Source: a virus (lineage: Duplodnaviria; Caudoviricetes). From it: 28,081 nucleotides of DNA. The notes under the pieces were generated by a model. The model had not been told where the DNA came from and did not search any database. It was given only the letters and a program-made list of their open reading frames with translations. Of the stretch, positions 1-8,760 are shown piece after piece (position 1 is the stretch's first letter; the number at the start of each line of letters is the position of its first letter). Location of the stretch: positions 1 through 28,081 of the IMG/VR virus record IMGVR_UViG_3300017766_001646. One strand, 5' to 3'. The translations under genes and the position numbers were made by a program.

Positions 1-2
1 AA

Positions 3-791
3 AAGTTTAGCATCGAGGGGGCACAGATAACCGCCGATGGACAACTCGAAAGCGCCATCCTTGCGAATGAGGCAAGCGTCAGCATGGTTGAAACGGCGGC
101 AGGTCGTAAACCGGCAGGAGTTAGCCTCGGCAGTTCATGGACAGCACTGCCAGACGAATCCTTGCAAGCCTTTGTCGGTTTTTCGGGTGATGGAAGCCCT
201 CTGGGTGTCCTATTTGAAACAATCCCGCAGGTAACAACCGACGCTATGCAGATGGCGCTTGTGCAGGGAATCAGCCTTGGTGAAGGTCCACGAACGGTAG
301 CACGGCGGGTACGCAAAGCAGCTGACATCGGCAGAAGCCGTGCAGAGACTATTGCACGAACCGAGATGATACGTTCTGCCCGTGAAGCACAACGGCAACT
401 CTATACCGAGAACATTGCAGTACAGGGATACAGACGGCAAGCCACCCAAGATAGCCGGGTCTGTCTTGCATGTCTGGCTTTGTCTGGCACACTGCATAAG
501 ACAGATGAAATCATGCCAAGCCATCCGAACTGCCGGTGCGTGATGATTCCGGTTACCTTGTCATGGGCTGAGATTACCGGTGATTCTTCCATACCTGACA
601 CGCGCCCAGCGGTAGCCACGCCTGATCGTATCCTTGCTGGTTTGTCTGAATCTGACAAGATAGCCATCATGGGGCCTGCTAGATATCAGATGTATCTAGA
701 TGGCAAACCACTTGCTGATTTCGTGCAGGTGGAACCCAATATGGACTGGGGTCCTACAACCCGTGTACTGCCCTTACGTAGCCTTGTATAA
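3..791 (+). CDS. Phage head morphogenesis / minor head protein (Mu gpF / SPP1 gp7 family), 5'-truncated
   Basis: Frame is open from base 3, upstream of the ATG at 84. Motifs RAETIARTE, DSRVCLAC and HPNCRC are typical of the gpF family. Lies directly upstream of protease and capsid. Confidence 0.9.
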   Translation, partial: KFSIEGAQITADGQLESAILANEASVSMVETAAGRKPAGVSLGSSWTALPDESLQAFVGFSGDGSPLGVLFETIPQVTTDAMQMALVQGISLGEGPRTVARRVRKAADIGRSRAETIARTEMIRSAREAQRQLYTENIAVQGYRRQATQDSRVCLACLALSGTLHKTDEIMPSHPNCRCVMIPVTLSWAEITGDSSIPDTRPAVATPDRILAGLSESDKIAIMGPARYQMYLDGKPLADFVQVEPNMDWGPTTRVLPLRSLV

Positions 792-795
792 GGAC

Positions 796-812
796 TGTGG
801 GATACTGAAGCC
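796..812 (+). promoter_or_regulatory. Putative late promoter (extended -10, TGTGG-GATACT), leaderless
   Basis: TGTGGGATACTG at 796-807; 6 nt separate GATACT from ATG 813. Identical 12-mer at 3114 and 7701. Confidence 0.6.
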
Positions 813-1760
813 ATGGACGTGTTGACATCTACTGTAGACGGTATCAAGAGTGACAGGCTTGGCTATGTCAAAGGTTACCTTGTGCGCTTTGGCGATACCC
901 AAAGTGCTGACCTCGAAGGTGACTATTTCACCAAGTCAACCGACTACGGTTTCCCGATTTCCGAAGGCAAGCGTGTCCCGTTGAATGTGTATTATCACCA
1001 CGGCATGGATAAATTTATAGGCAAGAAGTCTATCGGTACTGGTTACATCAAGATGGACGATACAGAGCTTTGGTATGAGGCTCAGTTAGACATGGCTGAT
1101 GAATACGGAAGCATGATCGCGAAACTCTGCAAACAAGGCAAGATGGGCTTTTCCTCTGGTGCAGCCGGTCATCTGGTAGAGCGCAAGAGCATGGGTGGTG
1201 CTTCTGAGATTACACGCTGGCCAATCGCTGAAGCATCGATTACCCCGACACCAGCCGAGTATCGCAACAGCGTTAAAAGCCTAAAGGAGTATTACGGCAT
1301 GGAGCCTATGGAAGAAGAAGAAATGGTAATGGCTCCAATGCCTGAGCAATCCCCGGAAGAATACGCAATCTCCGTGTTTGATGAGTCCGAAGGTGACCTT
1401 ATCCACGAAGGGCTGGAAGCCTACTACGATGCGCTTTGTGGAGCCATTGAAGCGGTATCAGATCAAAGCATGGCAGATGCCATCATTGATGAGTTTGCAA
1501 GACGTGCAAAGGGCTTGTATGCCATGCACGGAACTAAAAGCGTACAGCCTGCATCTTTGCGGTCTGTCGAGCGTCGGCTGCGGGATGCAGTCGGTCTATC
1601 ACGGTCAAGCGCCAAGCGTTTGGCTCCCGTTGTCTGGGATTCTCTGCGGGATGCAGACCAGCCGGAAGAGCAGCCGTCCATCGTAGTAGAGGCGAAAGCC
1701 ACTGACATAGACGAACGCCAAGAACTGCTGGCACGTCTGGAGTTGCTAACACAACTATGA
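813..1760 (+). CDS. Prohead maturation protease (HK97-like) with acidic C-terminal extension
   Basis: VKGYLVRFG..DLEGD, YYHHG, GFSSG and EASITPTPAE motifs; located immediately before the capsid gene. Confidence 0.85.
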   Translation: MDVLTSTVDGIKSDRLGYVKGYLVRFGDTQSADLEGDYFTKSTDYGFPISEGKRVPLNVYYHHGMDKFIGKKSIGTGYIKMDDTELWYEAQLDMADEYGSMIAKLCKQGKMGFSSGAAGHLVERKSMGGASEITRWPIAEASITPTPAEYRNSVKSLKEYYGMEPMEEEEMVMAPMPEQSPEEYAISVFDESEGDLIHEGLEAYYDALCGAIEAVSDQSMADAIIDEFARRAKGLYAMHGTKSVQPASLRSVERRLRDAVGLSRSSAKRLAPVVWDSLRDADQPEEQPSIVVEAKATDIDERQELLARLELLTQL

Positions 1761-3055
1761 ATATCGAACAACTGAACGCCAAGCGTGAATCGCTTTTGGC
1801 TACAGCCCGTGAGCTGGCTTCCGGTGAGGGTGACCTCGCGCAAGTTAAGTCCATCATGGCTGAAGCAAAGAACATCGACGAGCGCATCGAGACCATCAAG
1901 AGCCTTGGTGCTTCCGCTCCTGTGGTTGCACCTGCTGACAACCCACAGCCTTGGAAGGGTGGCATCAACGTACAGCGCAACCCGTTCAACGGATCCGCTG
2001 ACGAGAAGAACCTGAAGGCTTACACCTTTGGCCAGTTCGCCCGCCACTTGGCTGGTGTCAAGTCTGCTACCAAGTGGTTGTCTGACAACGGACATTTGAA
2101 GGCACAGACCGAAGGCACAGACAGTGCTGGTGGTTACACGGTTCCTAACATCGTTTCCTCGGATCTCATCTGGCTCCGTGAAATGTACGGCGTTGCTCGT
2201 CGCAACTCCCGTATCTACCCGATGTCCTCGGATACCTTGCTTGTTCCTTCCGCAACTGCGTCCACCACGGTCTACTATGCATCTGAAGCAACAGCAATCA
2301 CGGCTTCTGACATCACCTTTGGTCAGGTCAGCCTTGCAGCCAAGAAGCTCGCAGTTCTCACGATTGCATCCAAGGAACTCGGCGAAGATACGGTAATCGA
2401 CCTCGGTGCTGCTCTTGCCCGTGACATGGCATACGCCATCGCTAAGGAAGAGGACAACGCTTGTTTCAACGGTGACGGAACCAGCACCTATGGAAGCATC
2501 ACTGGTATCTTGCAGGCTGTTTACGGCCTCAACGCTACCAAGGCTAACATCGCTGGTGTCGTAGTTGGAGCCGCTTTGTCTGGTGCATCGTTTGCTAACT
2601 TCACGCTTGCTAACTTCCAAGCGATGGTTGCAAAGCTCCCGACATACGCAGATCAGGCCAAGTGGTATATGCACAAGGACCTTTTCTTCAATGGTGTTGC
2701 TGATAAGCTCATCGCCCTTGGTGGAAACGCAATCCTCGACATCCAGAACGCATACACCACTGCACCTACCCTGTTCGGTTACCCGATCGAGTGGGTTCAG
2801 AATATGCCTAAGACACCAGCTGCAACAACCCCGGTTGCAATCCTTGGCGACCTGACAAAGGGTGTTGCTTTTGGTGACCGCCGTGCAATGACCGTTGAGG
2901 TTTCCGATCAGGTGAAGTTCGTCGAAGACGCACTTACCTACAAGGCAACCGAGCGCTTTGCATTCAGCGCGCATGATGTCGGAAACGTGAACGCGACTGC
3001 TTCCAGCCGTGTACCGGGTTCGCTCATCGTTCTCGCAACAAGCACCGCTTCCTAA
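1757..3055 (+). CDS. Major capsid protein, HK97 fold
   Basis: N-terminal coiled-coil delta domain, GGYTVP, KKLAVL..SKEL..D, FNGDG, LFGYPI, ILGDL; strongly biased codon use; ATGA overlap with the protease stop. Confidence 0.95.
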   Translation: MNIEQLNAKRESLLATARELASGEGDLAQVKSIMAEAKNIDERIETIKSLGASAPVVAPADNPQPWKGGINVQRNPFNGSADEKNLKAYTFGQFARHLAGVKSATKWLSDNGHLKAQTEGTDSAGGYTVPNIVSSDLIWLREMYGVARRNSRIYPMSSDTLLVPSATASTTVYYASEATAITASDITFGQVSLAAKKLAVLTIASKELGEDTVIDLGAALARDMAYAIAKEEDNACFNGDGTSTYGSITGILQAVYGLNATKANIAGVVVGAALSGASFANFTLANFQAMVAKLPTYADQAKWYMHKDLFFNGVADKLIALGGNAILDIQNAYTTAPTLFGYPIEWVQNMPKTPAATTPVAILGDLTKGVAFGDRRAMTVEVSDQVKFVEDALTYKATERFAFSAHDVGNVNATASSRVPGSLIVLATSTAS

Positions 3056-3077
3056 CCCGAAGCGTAGCCACGCAGTC

Positions 3078-3109
3078 AAGACCCTCGGCAGACGTGCCGG
3101 GGGTCTTTT
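3078..3109 (+). terminator. Rho-independent terminator after the capsid gene
   Basis: AAGACCCTCGGCA-gacg-TGCCGGGGGTCTT (13-bp stem, one G-U pair) running into TTTT. Confidence 0.85.
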
Positions 3110-3113
3110 GCCA

Positions 3114-3130
3114 TGTGGGATACTGAGAGC
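3114..3130 (+). promoter_or_regulatory. Putative late promoter (TGTGG-GATACT), leaderless
   Basis: TGTGGGATACTG at 3114-3125, just after the capsid terminator; 6 nt from GATACT to ATG 3131, the same spacing as at 796. Confidence 0.6.
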
Positions 3131-3628
3131 ATGATGACACGAGCCGAAGCGATAGCACAGGTATCCTTGTTTTTGGATGCCCAGTCCTACCCGCAGATGT
3201 CCACAACCGAGATAGGGAGCATCCTTGATTCCTTCTCACGGTTCACTACTTGGACGGCATCCACAGCCTATTCTGTTGGCGATCGTGTTGTACCTGTTGT
3301 CCCGAATGGCAGAGTGTACGAATGCAGGGTTGCAGGCACAAGCGCAACCACTGAGCCTGATTACCCTGCCTATCCCGATTACCAGTTCAAAGGTTTTAGT
3401 ATTGAGGATGGCGCATCGGATCCGCGGTTAACTTGGGTTGACCAAGGCCCCATCAACGTAGAGCGTTACGATGTCAGGACAGCCACCCGACAAGGTTGGC
3501 TTATCAAAGCCAGCCGATGTGCTTCTGAAATCGATGCCAAAGAAGGCACAAGCGATGTCAAGCTAAGCCAACTCAAAGCCCACTGCCTATCGATGGCAGA
3601 GCGATACAGACCGGTGGTGTTCGCATGA
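3131..3628 (+). CDS. Head-tail connector/adaptor with inserted carbohydrate-binding-like module
   Basis: First gene after the capsid; helical N- and C-termini resemble adaptors (YDVRTATRQGWLIKA); central WTASTAYSVGDRV...YECRVAGTS. Start placed at 3131 rather than 3113 because of promoter geometry. Confidence 0.7.
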   Translation: MMTRAEAIAQVSLFLDAQSYPQMSTTEIGSILDSFSRFTTWTASTAYSVGDRVVPVVPNGRVYECRVAGTSATTEPDYPAYPDYQFKGFSIEDGASDPRLTWVDQGPINVERYDVRTATRQGWLIKASRCASEIDAKEGTSDVKLSQLKAHCLSMAERYRPVVFA

Positions 3629-3990
3629 GCCCTTTACTACGCGCAACCCTGAGTGCTGGCATGGTACGTAACATCTGCCATACGCCTGTAGAGGTTCACC
3701 GCTTCACGTTGACCGAAGATGGGCGCGGTGGTGTTACTGAGACATGGCGCAAGGTTGCCGAGTACAAGGGCAGACTGTCCAATCAATCAGACACAGAATC
3801 CATTGTAGGCGGTGGCATCCAGCCATCAGCCACATGGAGCATTACCCTCGCGGTTAGTGCTGATGTTATGCCGAACGACCGCATCTATGTGGTTGGAGAT
3901 GAATCAAAATACTACGACGTTGTTGGTACAGACTTCGGGCAGACGGACCTGATTGTGCAACATGTCGGACTAGTGGAGCGTACAGCATGA
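3625..3990 (+). CDS. Head closure / head-tail joining protein (SPP1 gp16-like)
   Basis: EDGRGGVTETWRKV and DVMPNDRI motifs, 121 aa, gene position. Confidence 0.8.
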   Translation: MSPLLRATLSAGMVRNICHTPVEVHRFTLTEDGRGGVTETWRKVAEYKGRLSNQSDTESIVGGGIQPSATWSITLAVSADVMPNDRIYVVGDESKYYDVVGTDFGQTDLIVQHVGLVERTA

Positions 3991-4199
3991 TGGCAGAGTG
4001 GATGCAACTAGGGGCAGTGATTGGTATCCCTCTGATTGCTAGCATCAGCGGTTTGTATAAGATGCTGTGGGATATCAAGTCCGACATCCGCATTCTGGTA
4101 CACGATGCCAAGCAAACGGAAGCGGATCTAGTGATTATTAAAAAGGCGATAGCAAGACTAAGCGAGCGAGTAGCAGCACTGGAGGCACGGCATGGGTAG
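3987..4199 (+). CDS. Small membrane protein (1 TM + coiled coil), holin/antiholin-like
   Basis: N-terminal hydrophobic helix LGAVIGIPLIASISGLY, then a heptad-like C-terminus (RLSERVAALE). Confidence 0.55.
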   Translation: MMAEWMQLGAVIGIPLIASISGLYKMLWDIKSDIRILVHDAKQTEADLVIIKKAIARLSERVAALEARHG

Positions 4200-4443
4200 C
4201 ATTAGCATCAAGAGACTAATAGTGGTTGTGATCGTGGCTTTCGTGGCTTCATTCACCAGCGTGTTCGGTGATGGCATCCGTACTGCACAAGCGCAAGATG
4301 TCGCCGAGCTGGGCGCAGTGCTGGCACTCTACGGAAGCAAGGCGGTAGCGGCTGGAGTCTCCGCTGCGGTGTCATCTGTGCTGGCTTTCCTCACGATGCC
4401 TTTCAAGGGTGTTGCGCCTAACGCTTTGAAGGTGGGCAAATGA
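4192..4443 (+). CDS. Holin-like membrane protein (2 hydrophobic segments)
   Basis: 83 aa; hydrophobic stretches LIVVVIVAFVASF and AVAAGVSAAVSSVLAFL; basic C-terminus. Confidence 0.55.
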   Translation: MGSISIKRLIVVVIVAFVASFTSVFGDGIRTAQAQDVAELGAVLALYGSKAVAAGVSAAVSSVLAFLTMPFKGVAPNALKVGK

Positions 4444-4667
4444 ACTTTCAGAATCTTGAAATCACGCAGAACCCACAGAATCCAGCAGATTGGATTGTCA
4501 AGGGTGTTATCACCAACGATGCAAACGAAGAGATTGCAAACTTTGGGCCTAATGGTGAAAGCGTATTTACTTGGTGGGCACAACAGGATACTGCTTGGCA
4601 GTTGTCTATCGTCAATCAGTTTGTATGGTTGATGGCTGCTGAAATCGTGAATGGGACAGCGGAATAA
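4440..4667 (+). CDS. Hypothetical protein, possibly associated with the fibre
   Basis: 75-aa ORF overlapping both neighbours (ATGA and TAATG junctions). Confidence 0.7.
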   Translation: MNFQNLEITQNPQNPADWIVKGVITNDANEEIANFGPNGESVFTWWAQQDTAWQLSIVNQFVWLMAAEIVNGTAE

Positions 4668-6667
4668 TGGCAACTTACTATGTTCGCCCGGATGGCAATA
4701 ACAGCAACGCCGGAACAGGCCCAGCTGCTAACCAAGCGTGGCAAACCCTAGCACGTATCGTGCAAGCAGGTACTGCATTTACGTCTGGTGATACGGTTTA
4801 CATCGCTCCCGGCACATACCGCCAGAGTATCACCACGACTGCGACCTATACATCTGCGACTAACTTTTTCGGTGACCCTACTGCGGCGCAGTTTCCGGGT
4901 GTCACTCCGGGTGTTGTCCGCATTACAAACTTTTTATCAACAGATAATGCATCAGCAACAAACCAACTTTTATGGGGTGGTGTAACGTTTGACTTTATCA
5001 ATATAAGTAATATCTATTTTGACCATACATCGCTAAATGGTGGGATTTATTACACTGGAACCGGAAGCTATTCATCAATCCGCAATTGTATTTTTTCAGG
5101 AAACTCAGCGAGTGTAGCTGGTGTAGGTACACCTGCAATCAGATTAACATCTATAAAAAATACAACAATTGAAAACTGCATCGTTCTACGGTCTTATGTC
5201 GGCGTGTACATTACCACTACTACAGATACTGATACTAATGTCGTAATACGCAACTGCTTTATTAATAATGCAGGGACACAACATTGTTATGTATCAAACT
5301 CCACTGGCGGTGGTGTCATAGTTACAAATAATTTATTTTTATCAAGTGCAGCAAGTTCAGTAAATATACTCGGTGCAGGCAACGCAACATCATTATCATA
5401 TGTCACAAACAATATTTTTTGTCATTGCACCGGGTCTGTGCAAGGTGGCTCTGCAACCACGATTGTAGAGAACTATAATCGACGAGTAAGTTCTGGTGGG
5501 AATACAACTGTCCCTACTGGCATAAATACGACCAGCGGCGCACCGCAGTTTGATTTTGGGCATTCTGCACTCTTCAACATTGCACTACAAAAACCGTTCA
5601 GTTCTATCGTTGGTTCTGTAAACGTCGGTGCAGGTCTATCTACCTATGCAAGCACAACCGACCTTTATGGACAAACTTGGTCGGCTGGTGCATCAACGCC
5701 AGATATTGGATGCGCTACAGATGTGCAAGCATCAGGGACAAGTTATTACTATCCAACCGAGCGCAACGCATCTACCATCACAATCGCTCCCGGCTCTACA
5801 TCACAATCCATCGAACTGTATCTTGGTGCTACAGGTCTAACAGCCTCCACAAGCGGTCTGTCAGCCCGATACAACCGTACACGCACTGCAAGCGTATCTA
5901 TCCCTCTAGTAGCCCGTACCATCGCACAGGCGTGGACTGCTGGTGGCTTTGCTGAGGTAGACGCAACCAACATGCCGGGCGTGTATCGCTTAGACCTTCC
6001 GGATGCTGCATTGGCTGCTGGTGCTGACGATGTCACGATTGTGGTCAGAGGTGCAAGCGGTACGAACGGTGCGGTGCTGACGGTCACGCTTTCAAGTGGT
6101 GGCTTGACGGCAGCGCAGACAGCATCTGCTGTCCTTGATGCTGTTGGTTCCTCTTATGTCACCGCTGGCTCGATTGGTTATTCAATCCAGAACAGCAACG
6201 TGGCAAGCATCAGCGGTAGCACAGCGGCAGCCGATGAGCTCGAAGGCGCTCTCCTTCACAACGGGACAGACTACATCAGCGCAGAACTGGTAACTCCGGT
6301 TACATCAGCCGCTCTGGTTCGCATGGGTCCTTTTGAGGTCAAGGCTGATGGTCTTGGAGCATCTGATCCGCTGGACATCCAGAAGGGCGCACAGCACGGC
6401 ATTGATATTCAATGCGTAGACAATAACAACGCCGGAATCGATATCACCTCTGCAACTGTTACGGCTAAGGTCTACAACAGCGGTGCTACGCTGGTTGACA
6501 CGTACTCCTGTACGGCAACCTATGCAGCTGATGGACGTGCTACCTTTACTATCGATACGACAGTGACCAACGTACCGGGCACTTACACTGCTACGATTAC
6601 ACGCACAACAGGTGCATCTGATACGCAGGTATTCGGTCCACTGCGAATCTATGTGAGGGATATCTAA
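4667..6667 (+). CDS. Virion fibre/spike: N-terminal right-handed beta-helix (pectin-lyase-like), C-terminal Ig/BppU-like domain
   Basis: MATYYVRPDGNNSNAGT...WQTL...GDTVYIAPGTY start; Asn/Cys ladder repeats (IRNCIF, IENCIV, IRNCFI, VTNNLF, VTNNIF); C-terminal beta-sandwich ending FGPLRIYV. Confidence 0.75.
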   Translation: MATYYVRPDGNNSNAGTGPAANQAWQTLARIVQAGTAFTSGDTVYIAPGTYRQSITTTATYTSATNFFGDPTAAQFPGVTPGVVRITNFLSTDNASATNQLLWGGVTFDFINISNIYFDHTSLNGGIYYTGTGSYSSIRNCIFSGNSASVAGVGTPAIRLTSIKNTTIENCIVLRSYVGVYITTTTDTDTNVVIRNCFINNAGTQHCYVSNSTGGGVIVTNNLFLSSAASSVNILGAGNATSLSYVTNNIFCHCTGSVQGGSATTIVENYNRRVSSGGNTTVPTGINTTSGAPQFDFGHSALFNIALQKPFSSIVGSVNVGAGLSTYASTTDLYGQTWSAGASTPDIGCATDVQASGTSYYYPTERNASTITIAPGSTSQSIELYLGATGLTASTSGLSARYNRTRTASVSIPLVARTIAQAWTAGGFAEVDATNMPGVYRLDLPDAALAAGADDVTIVVRGASGTNGAVLTVTLSSGGLTAAQTASAVLDAVGSSYVTAGSIGYSIQNSNVASISGSTAAADELEGALLHNGTDYISAELVTPVTSAALVRMGPFEVKADGLGASDPLDIQKGAQHGIDIQCVDNNNAGIDITSATVTAKVYNSGATLVDTYSCTATYAADGRATFTIDTTVTNVPGTYTATITRTTGASDTQVFGPLRIYVRDI

Positions 6668-7020
6668 TGGCAATAATCTTTGATTTGACGGAAGACCCTC
6701 AGCAGGTCGTGCAAGTCTCCGCATGGGTCGGAGACTGGCACTCCTATGTCGTCCGCTTGGTTGACGAACTGGGAAGCCCTGTGGACATTACGACAGGTAC
6801 GCTTGGTGCAACCTTTACCAACATTGCTACGGGTAGTGCTTACTCCTTTGGCGGTGGTAGCGTGACGCTAACCAAGCAGTACAGCGCACAAGGCATCTTG
6901 TCTGTGTTGAATCCTGCGGCTTATCCGACATCTGCCAACATCAGGCTAACGGTATCGTTTACGGTTGGTACTGATGTTCGGCGCTTTGGGCCGTTAGAGA
7001 TTGAGGTACTGGCTCCGTGA
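6667..7020 (+). CDS. Small Ig/BppU-like structural protein resembling the fibre C-terminus
   Basis: PVDITTGTL...RFGPLEIEV resembles GIDITSATV...VFGPLRIYV of the upstream protein. Confidence 0.6.
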   Translation: MAIIFDLTEDPQQVVQVSAWVGDWHSYVVRLVDELGSPVDITTGTLGATFTNIATGSAYSFGGGSVTLTKQYSAQGILSVLNPAAYPTSANIRLTVSFTVGTDVRRFGPLEIEVLAP

Positions 7021-7433
7021 TAAAGGTTTCCTACAGCCTGAAGCAGGTAAACCTGCAAGCCTACCAGAAGAATCTGGGCAGGTTATCTCAGGTTGTTGGC
7101 AAAGCTGCTGCTGATGTCGAAGGCGAAGCAAAAGCCAGCATTCTCAAAAACTCTGGCAAGTACAAGCAATACGGCAATCACTGGTCAAGCCCTCCGGGTT
7201 CACCACCAAACAACGACACTGGCAACCTTGCTAATAGCATCGGTCACCGTATGCTTACACCTACATCGGCTGAAGTGTTTGTGAGCGCAAAGTATGGAGT
7301 ACCGTTGGAACTGGGCTGGATGTCGAAGGCTGGCAATCATGTACCGGCAAGACCGTTTCTACGTCCAGCCGTTGAGTATGTAGCCCCGTCTTTTCAAGCA
7401 GCGTGTAAGACTATCCTGAAGGGTGGCAAGTAA
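7017..7433 (+). CDS. Neck/tail-completion protein (HK97 gp10-like)
   Basis: PNNDTGNLANSI, YGVPLELG and PARPFLRPA motifs; GTG start. Confidence 0.9.
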   Translation: MIKVSYSLKQVNLQAYQKNLGRLSQVVGKAAADVEGEAKASILKNSGKYKQYGNHWSSPPGSPPNNDTGNLANSIGHRMLTPTSAEVFVSAKYGVPLELGWMSKAGNHVPARPFLRPAVEYVAPSFQAACKTILKGGK

Positions 7434-7912
7434 TGGCATTTGAGCCAGCAGTAATCGAGCAATGGATCTACGAAACCTTGACAGGCGATAGTACGCTTAT
7501 GGGTTTACTTGCTCCTGACAATAAGCCTAATGGCTTCCAAATGAGCGTGTACAACACCATTGCCCCGCAGGTAGACCCTATCAGCCGTAAGCAACCTATA
7601 ACGCCTTACATTGTCTTTGACCGTGCAGGTAATTCTGGGCAAGACCAAGACACCATCTGCGGTAGCCGGGTGTTCACATATCCAACCTACAGGATCACCG
7701 TGTGGGATACTGCAACTGGTGCGGTATCGATGGCAAGCAGTGCTGCTATCATGTCCCGCATAGACACATTGCTTGATAATCAACACGTTTCGAGTACCTC
7801 TCCTAGGTTCTATTGCCGGAGAGAATCAACAGCTCAAACGTTCGGTTTAGAGAGCGGTGGTCGGACTGATTTTGGAGTGACAGCGGTGTACCGATTCGTC
7901 ACGCAACAGTAG
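7433..7912 (+). CDS. Tail terminator/completion protein (DUF3168-like)
   Basis: PYIVF and RITVWD motifs; lies between the gp10-like gene and the tail tube gene. Confidence 0.75.
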   Translation: MAFEPAVIEQWIYETLTGDSTLMGLLAPDNKPNGFQMSVYNTIAPQVDPISRKQPITPYIVFDRAGNSGQDQDTICGSRVFTYPTYRITVWDTATGAVSMASSAAIMSRIDTLLDNQHVSSTSPRFYCRRESTAQTFGLESGGRTDFGVTAVYRFVTQQ

Positions 7913-7921
7913 GAGTAAATT

Positions 7922-8356
7922 ATGCCTTTTACAAGAACAAGTGCGCTTATCGGTGAAAACTGCGTCGTGACGGTGGCTTTCGGTGGCTACCAAGACGGTA
8001 CGCCTTCAGCCTTTACCGCTGAGACTTATACCTGTATCGCTCGCTCGGTTCGCTTCTCAACATCGGTAAACAGCGTAGATGTTAGCGCACTCTGCGATGC
8101 TCAAAACAAAGCACAGGTAACCAAGGCGAACGGTAGTGTTGAAGTAGAGTTTTTGGTTGATTCGGTTGTCGGTCCTATCTTCTACGGCAAGGACGGTTAC
8201 TACTGCCAAATCGTAGTAACACCGGGAAGCCTTACCGCTAAGACCTTTGTCGGTGTTGTTACCGCTACTGGCCTCAGTGTTGCAAACGAGGAAGCCGTAA
8301 CCGAGAGCGCAACAGTCACCCTTGGTGCTAACGGAGTTGCTACCGCTTGGTCGTAG
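7922..8356 (+). CDS. Major tail (tube) protein
   Basis: Strong AGGAG RBS; 144-aa beta-rich protein (VDVSALCD); canonical position before chaperone and tape measure. Confidence 0.75.
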   Translation: MPFTRTSALIGENCVVTVAFGGYQDGTPSAFTAETYTCIARSVRFSTSVNSVDVSALCDAQNKAQVTKANGSVEVEFLVDSVVGPIFYGKDGYYCQIVVTPGSLTAKTFVGVVTATGLSVANEEAVTESATVTLGANGVATAWS

Positions 8357-8367
8357 TACACTAGCGC

Positions 8368-8760
8368 ATGGCACTAAGTAACCTAAAACAAATACCGAAA
8401 GATGCCGACAAGGGAACCCTAGTGGTCGACTTGTCGGACATCGCTGGTGACGGCGCAGAACTCCGCTTCCGTGAACCGAAGGCGGCTGACCTCTTCCCAG
8501 ATTCCAAAGAGCTGCAATCCCTGCGTGTAGCATTCGCCGAGTTTCCCGAAGCAATGCTGTACCAGATTTATCTGCTAGGTCGGTGCTATGTACCAGACCC
8601 TACAGATGCAGCTGAAGAATCACCATTACGGGCATTCGGTAATCTGGCACGTACCAGCAAGCAGACGTTCTTTCGCATCCTCGGTGAGTTTATTAGTTGG
8701 TATCCAACAGATGACTTACAAGGCAGGGTCAAAGACGCAAAAAACGACTCCGAGGTGTAG
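8368..8760 (+). CDS. Tail assembly chaperone (lambda gpG analogue)
   Basis: Between tube and tape measure genes; LRFREP motif; slippery heptamer near its 3' end. Confidence 0.85.
   Translation: MALSNLKQIPKDADKGTLVVDLSDIAGDGAELRFREPKAADLFPDSKELQSLRVAFAEFPEAMLYQIYLLGRCYVPDPTDAAEESPLRAFGNLARTSKQTFFRILGEFISWYPTDDLQGRVKDAKNDSEV

Noticed and set aside
1463-3079. 538-aa antisense ORF
   Set aside because: Shadow of the codon-biased capsid and protease genes; no recognisable motifs.
3113-3130. Start of the adaptor gene at ATG 3113 (MWDTES)
   Set aside because: Overlaps the conserved promoter-like motif and abuts the terminator; 3131 matches the geometry at 813.
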